Shown piece after piece: positions 31,175 to 41,422 of a stretch of 64,000 bases of DNA. The stretch is from assembly GCA_963727825.1 (NCBI GenBank), contig CAVSHO010000007.1:160001-224000 (forward strand), in the 5' to 3' direction. This DNA comes from Ignavibacteriota bacterium (GTDB taxonomy: Bacteria; Bacteroidota; Ignavibacteria; UBA10030). The notes under the pieces were generated by a model. The model did no database searches. It was not told where the DNA came from and was given only the letters and a program-made list of their open reading frames with translations. Numbering within the stretch: the first letter of the stretch is position 1; every line of letters starts with the position of its first letter. The translations under genes were made by a program, and so were the position numbers.

Positions 31175-31851
31175 TGCGAATTGATATCATTACAGGTTTA
31201 CCGAAGTTGTTGGAAAGTCCACTCCAAGAAAGTATCTTGAAACGGGCGCAGGAAAAAGGAATTGTAGAGATCGTTGTTCACGACCTCCGTGCTTACACAC
31301 ACGACAAGCATCATACTATTGACGATACCCCTTATGGAGGCGGCGCAGGTATGATACTGAAGCCGGAACCGTTCTTTGAATGTGTGGAAGAGCTAAAAGC
31401 ACAACGCCGGTATAATGAAATCATTTTTCTTTCGGCTGACGGTGAGTTATTTTCGCAGAAAGTTGCAACGGAACTTTCGTTAAAAAATAATTTGATGCTG
31501 CTGTGCGGACATTACAAAGGCGTCGATCAACGAGTTCGTGAAATATTAGTTACACGCGAGATTTCTATCGGTGATTATGTCCTAACCGGTGGTGAATTGG
31601 CTGCGGCAGTTGTGGTGGATGCGGTTGTGCGGCTCATTCCCGGTGTGTTGAATGATGGTGAGTCCGCATTGACAGATTCATTTCAGGATGGGTTGCTTGG
31701 ATGTCAGCAATTCACGCGACCAGCGGAATTTCGCGGATTGACTGTGCCGGATGTATTGCTATCAGGAGATCATCAGGAAATAGATCGCTGGCGGCAGGAG
31801 CAGCGTGAACGAAGAACAAAACGTCTGCGCGGCGATAGTTTTGTTTCATAA
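31174..31851 (+). CDS. trmD: tRNA (guanine37-N1)-methyltransferase
   Basis: DDTPYGGGAGM, SIGDYVLTGGE. Confidence 0.98.
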   Translation: MRIDIITGLPKLLESPLQESILKRAQEKGIVEIVVHDLRAYTHDKHHTIDDTPYGGGAGMILKPEPFFECVEELKAQRRYNEIIFLSADGELFSQKVATELSLKNNLMLLCGHYKGVDQRVREILVTREISIGDYVLTGGELAAAVVVDAVVRLIPGVLNDGESALTDSFQDGLLGCQQFTRPAEFRGLTVPDVLLSGDHQEIDRWRQEQRERRTKRLRGDSFVS

Positions 31852-31902
31852 AAATAATTGAAGATAATACACAGTGACTTGATTTAGTGGAGTAAAATAC
31901 TA

Positions 31903-32244
31903 ATGGATAAGTTGAAACTTGTTGAGGCAACTCAACTAAAAACCGATGTCCCAAAATTTAAATCCGGCGACATCGTAAATGTGCATGTGAAAGTCAAGGA
32001 AGGCGATAAAGAGCGTATTCAGGAATTCCAAGGCATTGTCATTGGCCAGCGTGGTTCAGGGATTAATACAACGTTCACTGTTCGCAAGATGTCTGATGGT
32101 GTCGGTGTAGAGCGAATTTTCCCTGTGCATTCTCCTAGCGTTGCAAAAATCGAGAAGGTGAAAGATGGCAGAGTTCGCCGCTCAAAAATTTATTATGTTC
32201 GCGAATTGGCAACCAAAGCTGTTGCTCAAAAAACAAATGCCTGA
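31903..32244 (+). CDS. rplS: 50S ribosomal protein L19
   Basis: [17 protein letters not shown]. Confidence 0.98.
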   Translation: MDKLKLVEATQLKTDVPKFKSGDIVNVHVKVKEGDKERIQEFQGIVIGQRGSGINTTFTVRKMSDGVGVERIFPVHSPSVAKIEKVKDGRVRRSKIYYVRELATKAVAQKTNA

Positions 32245-33077
32245 TGAAATCGCGGCTTGCAGCATCTGATGCACTGTTTCTGAAGCCGCTCCTGTTTGGA
32301 TTGGATCGAATAGAATCTCCGTTTGATCTGGTCATAGACATTCCTGCAAAAAATGCAATAAAACTCAGTGAGCGTTCCGGTGGAATACGGAACGCTTTTT
32401 TATCGCCCATCGATTATGCACGGCATGGCGGGGAATACCGAATAGTACCGAATATTTGCATTGCTTCTTCCAATCAGACAAACACAATTCAGCTTATTCT
32501 CAAATCCAATCTGTATAACATTGAACGTATAGCAATCGATGTGCGATTTACGTCTGAAATCATTCTTGCAAAAATTATTCTATCAGAAAAGTACCAGAAC
32601 CAATCAACGCATTCTAACCTCCAATTTATTCCGATGATGCCAGATGTTGATGCAATGCTAGCTAAAGCCGATGCGGCTTTAATTGTCCAAGACAATCCGC
32701 ATATGATTGCTCGTGCAGATACGTTCACAATCGATCTTGTAGAAGAATGGAATGACCTGACGGGTTTGCCGTATATTCATGGATTTTGGGTTGGGCGTGA
32801 AGAAGAATTGTCAAAAGTGGAAGCGCAGGCATTATTCGCGGCAAAAAATAACGGTGTTATTCTGAAATCACAAATTGCACAAAGTATAGCACAGCAGCAG
32901 AATCTTTCTCTAAGTGAACTGACTAAATATCTCTCCTTGTTCTCGTATGAATTTAGTGAAAAGGAAGAAGAAAGTTTAACCGAATTTATTAATTATGCTT
33001 ACTTTCATGGCATCATCGGCGACGTTCCGCAGATACTATTCTTTGATATTGATGCACTTAATCAACCGCAGAATTGA
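32244..33077 (+). CDS. mqnA: MqnA/MqnD-family menaquinone (futalosine) pathway protein
   Basis: LSPIDYAR, DAALIV, DLVEEWNDLTGLPYIHGFW resemble chorismate dehydratase. Confidence 0.7.
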   Translation: MKSRLAASDALFLKPLLFGLDRIESPFDLVIDIPAKNAIKLSERSGGIRNAFLSPIDYARHGGEYRIVPNICIASSNQTNTIQLILKSNLYNIERIAIDVRFTSEIILAKIILSEKYQNQSTHSNLQFIPMMPDVDAMLAKADAALIVQDNPHMIARADTFTIDLVEEWNDLTGLPYIHGFWVGREEELSKVEAQALFAAKNNGVILKSQIAQSIAQQQNLSLSELTKYLSLFSYEFSEKEEESLTEFINYAYFHGIIGDVPQILFFDIDALNQPQN

Positions 33078-33143
33078 TTTGCTCCAAGAAGAATCTCTTT
33101 CATTGAAATTCCATCTTTTTTCCTTACATTTGAGCGAATCTGT

Positions 33144-34895
33144 ATGCTCAAATCACTGACCATCCGAAACTATGCTCTACTCGAATTCGTCGAAATCGAA
33201 TTTGAGAGCGGGTTGAACATTCTTACGGGTGAAACCGGCGCCGGCAAATCTATTATTATCGATGCATTGAGCCTAATACTCGGGGATCGAGCAAGTTCTG
33301 ATGTAGTACGTAAGGGAACCGACAAAGCCGTTGTTGAAGGTATTTTTGGAATAGCGGAAAACGGAAAAGTAAAAGCACTTCTGAAACAGAATGAGATCGA
33401 ATTGCAGGAAGATTTTATTCTTCGCCGTGAAGTTTCTATTAAAGGACAATCACGTTGCTTTATAAATGATTCGCCTGTTTCGCTTACGGTTCTAAAAGAA
33501 ATCGGTGATCATCTTGTCGATCTTCATGGCCAGCATGAGCATCAATCATTGCTTCGACCGGAGACACACATCGGCTTGCTGGATGAATTCGGAAGTTTAG
33601 ACAAATTGGTGGATGAATATCGCGAATCATACGATCGGCTAACGGTGCTTTTTACGGAATTACGTGCGCTCTCGCTTAAGGAAAAAGAATTGAGAGAAAA
33701 GCGCGACCTTTATGAATTTCAAATTAAAGAAATTGATGCTGTCGATCCGCGTGCAGGTGAAGAAAGTGATCTGGAAAACGAACTGCGCATTTTAGAAAAT
33801 TCTGAAAAACTTTTTGAAGCAACATCTCAATTATATCAGTCACTTTACGAAGGAGAACCATCCCGGCTAAGTTCGGAGAATATCGGCGGGCAGTCGGTAT
33901 ATGATTTACTACTGAAAGCGCGTAATCAACTTGAAGACCTTGCGCAGATTGATACGACTTTCGAAGATATAAAGAATGAATGCGCTTCTGCAGCGGCGAT
34001 TGTTGGCGAACTTACAAAGTTTATCCAGAACTACAATTCAAAGATTGAATTTAATCCTGAGCGGTTAGAACAAATTCGAGAACGACTCGGTCAAATTGCG
34101 CTCCTTAAGAAAAAATACGGCGGTTCAATGGATGCTGTAATTGAACGTCGCGAGAAGATTGGCAAAGAATTTACAATGGCGGAAAACTTCGAAAGTGAAA
34201 TTCGCAAATTGAATGAGTACATTGAGCTTGAACGAATAACCTGTTCTGCTGCTGCACAGCGTCTTTCAACAAAGCGGCGTGAGTTGGTAGGTAAGATTAG
34301 TAAATCGGTCTGCGCGGAGTTAGCAAAATTAGGCATTGCAAATGCACAGTTCGATGTGAAGATTGAAAATCGCGTGTTGGGAAAATTGGAGGGCAAAGCG
34401 AACAGTGCTTATGTTAAACTGGGACGCGAATTTTACGACGCAACACAAAGCGGAATTGACTTTATCGAATTTTATCTTTCGACAAATGTTGGTGAGGACT
34501 TGAAACCATTGGCTAAGGTTGCATCCGGAGGCGAAATATCGCGCATTATGCTTGCGTTGAAAACAATTCTTGCCAAAGCAGATCGTCTGCCACTGCTCGT
34601 ATTTGACGAAATTGATGTCGGCATAAGCGGAAGAATAGCTCAGGCAGTGGGCAAAAGTATGAAGAGTTTATCGCAATTTCACCAAGTCATTGCCATTACA
34701 CATTTACCGCAGATTGCCGGATTTGCAGATTGCCATTTTGCAGTAGAAAAAAGCGAATTGAAACATCGTACGTCTTCGACAATTCGTAAGTTAAAGGAAG
34801 AAGATCGCATTCAAGAAATTGCCAGATTACTCAGCGGTGAAGAAGTGACTGAGGCAAGTTTGAACGGCGCAAGAGAATTAATTGGGAAGAGATAA
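33144..34895 (+). CDS. recN: DNA repair protein RecN
   Basis: GETGAGKS, HGQHEHQ, ASGGE, FDEID, THLPQ. Confidence 0.98.
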   Translation: MLKSLTIRNYALLEFVEIEFESGLNILTGETGAGKSIIIDALSLILGDRASSDVVRKGTDKAVVEGIFGIAENGKVKALLKQNEIELQEDFILRREVSIKGQSRCFINDSPVSLTVLKEIGDHLVDLHGQHEHQSLLRPETHIGLLDEFGSLDKLVDEYRESYDRLTVLFTELRALSLKEKELREKRDLYEFQIKEIDAVDPRAGEESDLENELRILENSEKLFEATSQLYQSLYEGEPSRLSSENIGGQSVYDLLLKARNQLEDLAQIDTTFEDIKNECASAAAIVGELTKFIQNYNSKIEFNPERLEQIRERLGQIALLKKKYGGSMDAVIERREKIGKEFTMAENFESEIRKLNEYIELERITCSAAAQRLSTKRRELVGKISKSVCAELAKLGIANAQFDVKIENRVLGKLEGKANSAYVKLGREFYDATQSGIDFIEFYLSTNVGEDLKPLAKVASGGEISRIMLALKTILAKADRLPLLVFDEIDVGISGRIAQAVGKSMKSLSQFHQVIAITHLPQIAGFADCHFAVEKSELKHRTSSTIRKLKEEDRIQEIARLLSGEEVTEASLNGARELIGKR

Positions 34896-34922
34896 GAAAG
34901 AAAGAGGTTTAGATAATTTACC

Positions 34923-36380
34923 ATGTCATTATTTATTTATAACACATTAAGCCGAAATAAAGAAGAATTCAAACCGATCCACGAAGGGCATGTAGGCATG
35001 TATGTATGCGGACCTACCGTGTACAGCCATTCACACATTGGCCATGCAAAAAGTTATGTTTCCTTCGATGTCATTGTTCGATACTTGCGTTATCTTGGCA
35101 ACGAGGTGCGCTATATTCAAAACATCACCGACGTTGGTCATCTTACCGATGATGCTGATGAAGGTGAAGATAAACTCGTCAAACAAGCGCGTCTTGATCG
35201 CGTCCATCCAATGCAGATAGCAGAAATGTTCACACGCAGCTATTTTGAAGATATGGATAAACTTAATATTCTTCGTCCGGATATTTCTCCGCGTGCATCA
35301 GGACATATCATAGAACAAATCGAAAGGGTGAAGCAACTTCTTGCGAACGGTTTTGCATATGAAGTGAACGGATCTGTCTATTATGACGTGCAGAAGTTTA
35401 AGAAATACGGCAGACTCTCTGGACGTGTACTAGAGGAATCGGTAGAAGGAACACGTGTCGAATCGCGTTCAGAGAAAAGGCATCCGGCTGATTTTGCACT
35501 ATGGAAGAAAGCAGAAAGCGGACATATTATGCGCTGGCCGAGTCCTTGGGGCGAAGGATTCCCTGGATGGCACATCGAATGTTCAGCAATGTCGATGAAA
35601 TATCTTGGCGAAACATTCGATATTCACGGCGGCGGAATGGATAACCAATTTCCGCACCACGAATGTGAAATTGCACAGAGCGAAGGTGCAACCGGAAAGC
35701 CGTTTGTGAAATACTGGATTCATAACAACCTTGTGACGGTTAATGGGAAAAAAATGTCGAAGTCACTCGGAAATTTTGTGACGCTAAAAGATGCCTTCAA
35801 GAAATATGATCCGCTTGTAATACGGTTTTTCATATTGCAAAGCCATTATCGCAGCACATTGGATTTCAGCGACGAAGCATTGCAAGGAGCGAATACCGGT
35901 TATGATAAATTGCTGAACACAATACGCAATCTCCGTGAAGAATCAAAGAAAGCTGGATCTGAACAACGGACAAATGGAACAGAATTTGATCTTTCTTTGT
36001 ATCAAAGAAACTTTTTAAAGGCGATGGACGATGATTTCAACGCACCGCTTGCTATCGGCGTGTTATTTGATTTGGCACGTGAGACAAATCAATCGCTTAA
36101 CTCCGAACAAAAGCTTAGTATTGATGCGCTTAAACAAATTGATCAACTCTTTAGCGAGCTTGGGGGAAAAGTGCTGGGGATTATACCAGACCAACTTCGA
36201 TCTGCAAATGGTGATGTAAAAGCAGAATCCAGTCTCATGAATTTGGTCGTAAGTATACGAGCAGAAGTACGCAAGCAAAAGCTTTGGGCGTTGTCAGATA
36301 TCATTCGTGATGGTTTGAAAACTATTGGTTTTATGATCGAAGATAAGAAAGATGGCACAAACTGGCGTAAGATAAACTAA
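34923..36380 (+). CDS. cysS: Cysteine-tRNA ligase
   Basis: CGPTVY, HIGH, GWHIEC, KMSKS. Confidence 0.99.
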   Translation: MSLFIYNTLSRNKEEFKPIHEGHVGMYVCGPTVYSHSHIGHAKSYVSFDVIVRYLRYLGNEVRYIQNITDVGHLTDDADEGEDKLVKQARLDRVHPMQIAEMFTRSYFEDMDKLNILRPDISPRASGHIIEQIERVKQLLANGFAYEVNGSVYYDVQKFKKYGRLSGRVLEESVEGTRVESRSEKRHPADFALWKKAESGHIMRWPSPWGEGFPGWHIECSAMSMKYLGETFDIHGGGMDNQFPHHECEIAQSEGATGKPFVKYWIHNNLVTVNGKKMSKSLGNFVTLKDAFKKYDPLVIRFFILQSHYRSTLDFSDEALQGANTGYDKLLNTIRNLREESKKAGSEQRTNGTEFDLSLYQRNFLKAMDDDFNAPLAIGVLFDLARETNQSLNSEQKLSIDALKQIDQLFSELGGKVLGIIPDQLRSANGDVKAESSLMNLVVSIRAEVRKQKLWALSDIIRDGLKTIGFMIEDKKDGTNWRKIN

Positions 36381-36385
36381 TTTGC

Positions 36386-37913
36386 ATGATCGATTCAATT
36401 AAAATAATCGAAAACGGATTAGTTTTTACGTGGTGACAAACAAAATCGCGCTGGGAAACTCACGCTCATAATTCAGAACGGCCGTATTATCGAGATTGGC
36501 AAGCGCGCTGATGCTCTCAAGGCGACATATCCGAATGCCGAAGTTATTGATACCGCGGGAAAAATTATTTTGCCGGGATTCGTAGATGCGCATCATACGG
36601 GTGAATCGTTTATCTTGCGATATTTAACATCCGGTCAGCCGATGTCGAGATGGAATAAGACCCCGATCATCAGCCGCGCTAATGATTATTTACGCAAGGA
36701 AGCCACATTCCAGGAATTCTTAACCCTTTACCGATTGTCATATTATGCCGCGCTCAAATCCGGTGTAACAACATTGTCAGAATATGGCATCGATAATCTT
36801 GAACATTCTTTTACAGCATCACTCGAAGCAATGCAGCAAACGAATCAAAGAGGTTTTATCGGCTTGCATAATGGCGATCAGATTGAAGCGGCTCGTAAGC
36901 AGCACGAATCTTCAATTCGTTTCGCTTTTGTTATCACCGATGAAGAAAATCTTACAACTTACAATCTTCAATCAAGTATTCGTTCAGCGCGTGAACTTCA
37001 ATGGCCGGTAATATTGCATTTGGGCCAAACCCGGCAGGCATTTAATATTGTGAAGAAAAATTTCAATAAATCCATTGCCCAATTATATGCCGAATATAGA
37101 GCGATTGACTCGCCGGCGCATCTACTTCATCTCTCATGTTTTGAGGATGGAGATTTTGAAATCATTGCGAAGTCTGGTACGCCATTGGTATATTCGCCAT
37201 CGGCAATTCTTCAGAAGGGAACAGAAATCCCGCCATTCGAAGAATTACTCAAATACAAAATTATGCTCGCATTTGGTACCGATTGGGGAATTGCAAAGCC
37301 GTTAGAGAATATTCAATCCTATTGTTCTATTCTTAAAACGCTCGGTTTGCCGGATGAACGGGCGTACGATTTACTTGCTCTTCACACAAAAAATGGAGCA
37401 TATGCACTTGGGCTTGATGCGGAAATTGGAACGATTGAAACGGGAAAGAAAGCCGATCTTGTTTTCCTTAATCTATCTGAGTTTCGTATGAATTCCATCC
37501 TTGCGGATGACAATGCTGAACAAATTCTTGAGATTGTTCTTCAAGAAGCCGCCTCACAACAGGTAAGCGACGTAATGATTAATGGCGAATTTTACATCCG
37601 TGAAGGACATGCTCTCACTTATTCAGAAGAAGATTTGGCAAGGGAAGGGCAAACAATTTTCAAAAAGTTATTATCTTTCCATAAACAAAAAACATCAGGT
37701 CTGCCATTGTCAGCCCCGATACTCAAGTTCTCTGAAAAACAAAAAAAAGAAAGTAAATCTTCTGAAGAGGATATGATTGCTAAAGAAGGATTTAGAATTG
37801 TTCGAAAGGAACGAACAACGTCTGCTCCGCAAGCAAAAGGTAATGCCTCGCATGAAACGGCTAAGGAACTTCCAAAGAATGTTAAGAAAATATTTGGTGA
37901 CGACGAAGAATAG
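36386..37913 (+). CDS. Amidohydrolase superfamily protein (frameshift near 36430)
   Basis: PGFVDAH, FGTD, GTIETGKKADL; upstream ATG at 36386 in another frame. Confidence 0.8.
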
Positions 37914-37938
37914 TTTAGTTTATGAAAAGGAGAATCAA

Positions 37939-38719
37939 GTGAAAAAATCGAGTTTAATTCTGATTGTGAATCTTTTAATGATAGTGACAGTAGAAACGGC
38001 ATTAGCGCAAAGCTATGCAGGCGACGGAGCAACTATTGAACCGACAATGCTGATTGATAAACCGACAGCCGGTTTGCTAAAAAGAGGATCGTATTCTGTT
38101 TCTTCGAACTTCTTTCAAGACGGCGGCGTGTTGGTGGGGATTTCGGTGGGAGTTTTTGAACCGTTTACATTTGGAATTTCGTATGGCGGCACAGATATTA
38201 TAGGTCAGAATAAAATTAATATGAATCCAATGCCCGGAATAAACGCAAAACTGCGTCTTGTGAGTGAGAGTTCAACCATGCCAGCGCTCGCCATCGGTTT
38301 TGATTCTCAAGGCAAAGAACCATATCTCAATGCCGATACATTAAAACGCTATACAATCAAATCGCCCGGAGTGTATTTAGCCGCCAGTAAGAATTACGAA
38401 TTCCTTGGCAATCTCAGTTTGCATGGCGGATTGAATAAATCCATGGAAACAAATGATGGCGATAAGGATCTTAATGCGTACGTAGGTGCAGAGAAATCAA
38501 TAGGCAGAGATATCTCAATTATGCTTGATACGATTTTGCGAAAAATGATAATAATAATTATGCACTTGGCAAAGGAAACGGGTACCTCAATTTTGGTTTC
38601 AGATGGACATGTGCAAAAGGATTAGTTGTCGGCTTCAATTTAAAAATATCACAAAGAACCAAAACAACGTGGACCTTGGAAATCGCACACTCCAGATTGA
38701 TTACATAGGAAATTTTTAA
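37939..38719 (+). CDS. Exported YjbH-like outer-membrane protein (3' frameshifts)
   Basis: Signal peptide, DKPTAGLL, beta-strand pattern; coding-like sequence continues in other frames to a terminal Phe. Confidence 0.6.
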
Positions 38720-38857
38720 TCCTCTATCATAATAATATCTTGTTATTTAAATTTTAACTTATAAATCTGTCAGAAAATCTATTACTTAAATGTACAGGGC
38801 TGTGAACAGTAGCGTTTAGATTTGTAGACATATAAGAATTTGGGCTATAATTTAAAT

Positions 38858-38904
38858 GCCTGAATATAGCGAAAACTCGCCGAATTCAGGCTTTTTGTTT
38901 TTTT
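38858..38904 (+). terminator. Rho-independent terminator-like hairpin
   Basis: GCCTGAAT...ATTCAGGC followed by a T-rich tract. Confidence 0.6.
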
Positions 38905-38946
38905 ATCGCTGGCAAGAAACTTGAGCACTATTTAAGCGTCAAACAA

Positions 38947-39834
38947 ATGAGGTCAATCATGAAAACAATGATTTTATATTTCAAACTTCTTCTGTCGTTT
39001 GGACTAATGGCGATTTTCTTCCAAGGATGCTACACGCAATTTGTTCCAACGCGAGATGAAGATTTATCATATCGACAGGAACAACAATCTGCTGTTCAAA
39101 ATGATTCTTCATATTACGGTGAAGATAATGATAATTGGCAATCACACCAATGTCTCGGATTCTCTTATTATTATCCCGGCTGGAATTCATATTGGTCATG
39201 GGATTATGGATGTGTATACCCGTCGTATTGGGATCCATGGTACTGGGGTCCTGCATTCTATATTGGTTATTCCTATTATCCTCATTATTGGGGTTACAGG
39301 AGTTATTATTCAGGGTACGGTTATGGCTATCCTCGATCGTTTGTGACGCGCAATTTTGGCTATCAGAGAAGTGGAAATAGTAGACTAACTGGTACCACAA
39401 GATCTGGATATGCTGGAATAGGAACCACGTACAATGGTCGAGTTGAAACTAGCCAGGGAGGCGTTAGCCTTCCTCGCGCAGCTGGAAGTGCAGCCACTCA
39501 AAGTGGAAGTGCCGTAACAACAAGAACTTCGCGTAATTCTTCGAGGAGCGTCTCAACAAGCCGCCAAAGAGGCAATTGGTATAATCTGAGCGTTCAGCAA
39601 CCGCGTCATCGGGATCAAAGCACTATGACAACGAGCAGAAGATCTAGAACCGGCAGCTCGCACGGTCGTGTATATTCTCGAAGTCAAGGATCAAGTAACG
39701 GGCAATCTAGATCAAGTGGACGAAGTTATTCACCGCAATCATCAACTCGGACAAGTTCTTCTTCAAGCGCACCAGCATCAAGAAACGATGGCGGTAGTGG
39801 TCATCAAAGTGGTGGTTCGGGTAGATCACGCTGA
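38947..39834 (+). CDS. Lipoprotein with Y/W/G-rich and S/R/G-rich low-complexity regions
   Basis: Lipobox FQGC; strong compositional bias. Confidence 0.75.
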   Translation: MRSIMKTMILYFKLLLSFGLMAIFFQGCYTQFVPTRDEDLSYRQEQQSAVQNDSSYYGEDNDNWQSHQCLGFSYYYPGWNSYWSWDYGCVYPSYWDPWYWGPAFYIGYSYYPHYWGYRSYYSGYGYGYPRSFVTRNFGYQRSGNSRLTGTTRSGYAGIGTTYNGRVETSQGGVSLPRAAGSAATQSGSAVTTRTSRNSSRSVSTSRQRGNWYNLSVQQPRHRDQSTMTTSRRSRTGSSHGRVYSRSQGSSNGQSRSSGRSYSPQSSTRTSSSSSAPASRNDGGSGHQSGGSGRSR

Positions 39835-39857
39835 TAATTATATATCAAAACATTAGG

Positions 39858-41324
39858 ATGGGACATACGATGAAAATGATTCAGAAGATATTTGTCTTAG
39901 TTGTCGTTTTAACTTTAAGTTTGCAGGCACTTCAAGCACAATACGCTGAAGATGCACTACGCTATTCACAACTTGGGTTGGGAGTTGGTGCACGCGAACT
40001 TGGGATGGGTAACGCGACCGTTGGCGGTGTTAATGATTATTCGGCCCTTTTCTGGAATCCTGCAGGTTTAGCACTTGAACGTGATAATGAATTTTCTATT
40101 GGACTTTCAAACCTTGGATATTCAAATGATGTGTCATATTTAGGCACAAAAACTACCTCGAATAGTAATGTTTTAAATCTCAATAATCTTGGTATTGTTT
40201 ATGCAGTTCCGACTACACGGGGCAGCTTAACATTTGCCTTTGGATTCAATAGGGCGGCAGATTACACAACAACAGCTTCGATGAATGCATTTAATCCTTC
40301 TAGTTCTTTTTCTCAGTCAACATATTTACTCAATCAACCGTTAGACAACAATATTCCTTATCAATTATACTTAGCGAATATGGATACTTTGACCGGAAAA
40401 CTATCCTCGATTATGAAGGGCAATGTGCAACAAACTATAAATGTTTTAGAAGGAGGTGGATTAAACCACTGGACTTTTGGTGGCGCAATGGATGTTGGTC
40501 CAAATCTCTCTATCGGTGTATCACTCAATTTTGCTTCTGGCTCATATTCGTATGATCAAACGGTAAATGAAAACGATATATTGAATTTGTATACGACATA
40601 TCCAAACGATTTTAGCCAATTCACTTACGAGAATACAATTAATGATGATATCAGCGGATTCAATGCACTCTTAGGATTGATGTACAGAAATCCTGGAAAA
40701 TATTCAATTGGTATTGCTATGCGAACAGCTACTATTTATGATATACATGAAACGTATTCAGAATCTGCATCAAGTCAATTCAAAACGCCAGATGCTTCCG
40801 GTAATTATTCATATTTTTATCCTGTGACAGCAAATTCAACAAATTATAAAGTAACAACACCTTATGTACTTAGCGGTGGAATATCAATTCAGCCGCTTGA
40901 ATGGCTTTTATTAGCAGGAGATGCAGAGTATACAGATTGGACACAGATGGAGTTCAATGACAATGCAGCTTTTAGTGAGGAAAATTCCCGTATCAAGAAT
41001 CAAATGAGAGCAACAACAAATCTTCGCGGAGGAGGAGAGGTTTCGCTCTTTAATATAGGGCTAAAACTGCGCGCCGGAATTATTTATAATCCATCTCCGT
41101 GGAAAGGGGACCCAAGTAGTCGAGACCAGTTGTATTATACTGCAGGAATCGGATATTCGCTTGATGAGCGGACCGTTCTCAACGCTGCGTATGCATACGG
41201 GACATGGAAAACCTTACGGACAAATTATTCGTATATAGATGGATCAGGCGTGACTCAATATGTCGGAACCGATGAAACGGTTACCACCAGTAATTTTAAT
41301 CTGACGTTGTCCTACTATTTTTAG
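39858..41324 (+). CDS. FadL/OmpP1-like outer-membrane protein
   Basis: GARELGMG, WNPAGL, terminal Phe; likely start at 39870. Confidence 0.85.
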   Translation: MGHTMKMIQKIFVLVVVLTLSLQALQAQYAEDALRYSQLGLGVGARELGMGNATVGGVNDYSALFWNPAGLALERDNEFSIGLSNLGYSNDVSYLGTKTTSNSNVLNLNNLGIVYAVPTTRGSLTFAFGFNRAADYTTTASMNAFNPSSSFSQSTYLLNQPLDNNIPYQLYLANMDTLTGKLSSIMKGNVQQTINVLEGGGLNHWTFGGAMDVGPNLSIGVSLNFASGSYSYDQTVNENDILNLYTTYPNDFSQFTYENTINDDISGFNALLGLMYRNPGKYSIGIAMRTATIYDIHETYSESASSQFKTPDASGNYSYFYPVTANSTNYKVTTPYVLSGGISIQPLEWLLLAGDAEYTDWTQMEFNDNAAFSEENSRIKNQMRATTNLRGGGEVSLFNIGLKLRAGIIYNPSPWKGDPSSRDQLYYTAGIGYSLDERTVLNAAYAYGTWKTLRTNYSYIDGSGVTQYVGTDETVTTSNFNLTLSYYF

Positions 41325-41360
41325 TTTAGTTGCACTGCTTTTCAAGTTTGATTACATTAT

Positions 41361-41402
41361 TCCGTCTCGATTGATATGAACAATCGGGACGGATTTTTTT
41401 TT
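41361..41402 (+). terminator. Rho-independent terminator
   Basis: TCCGTCTCGATTG...CAATCGGGACGGA followed by T9. Confidence 0.85.
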
Positions 41403-41422
41403 GTACACTTAAAAGGTCGTTT

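Noticed and set aside
38822-38904. TATAAT followed by a terminator as an attenuator or small RNA
   Set aside because: The -35 spacing is poor and the hairpin is adequately explained as the upstream gene's terminator
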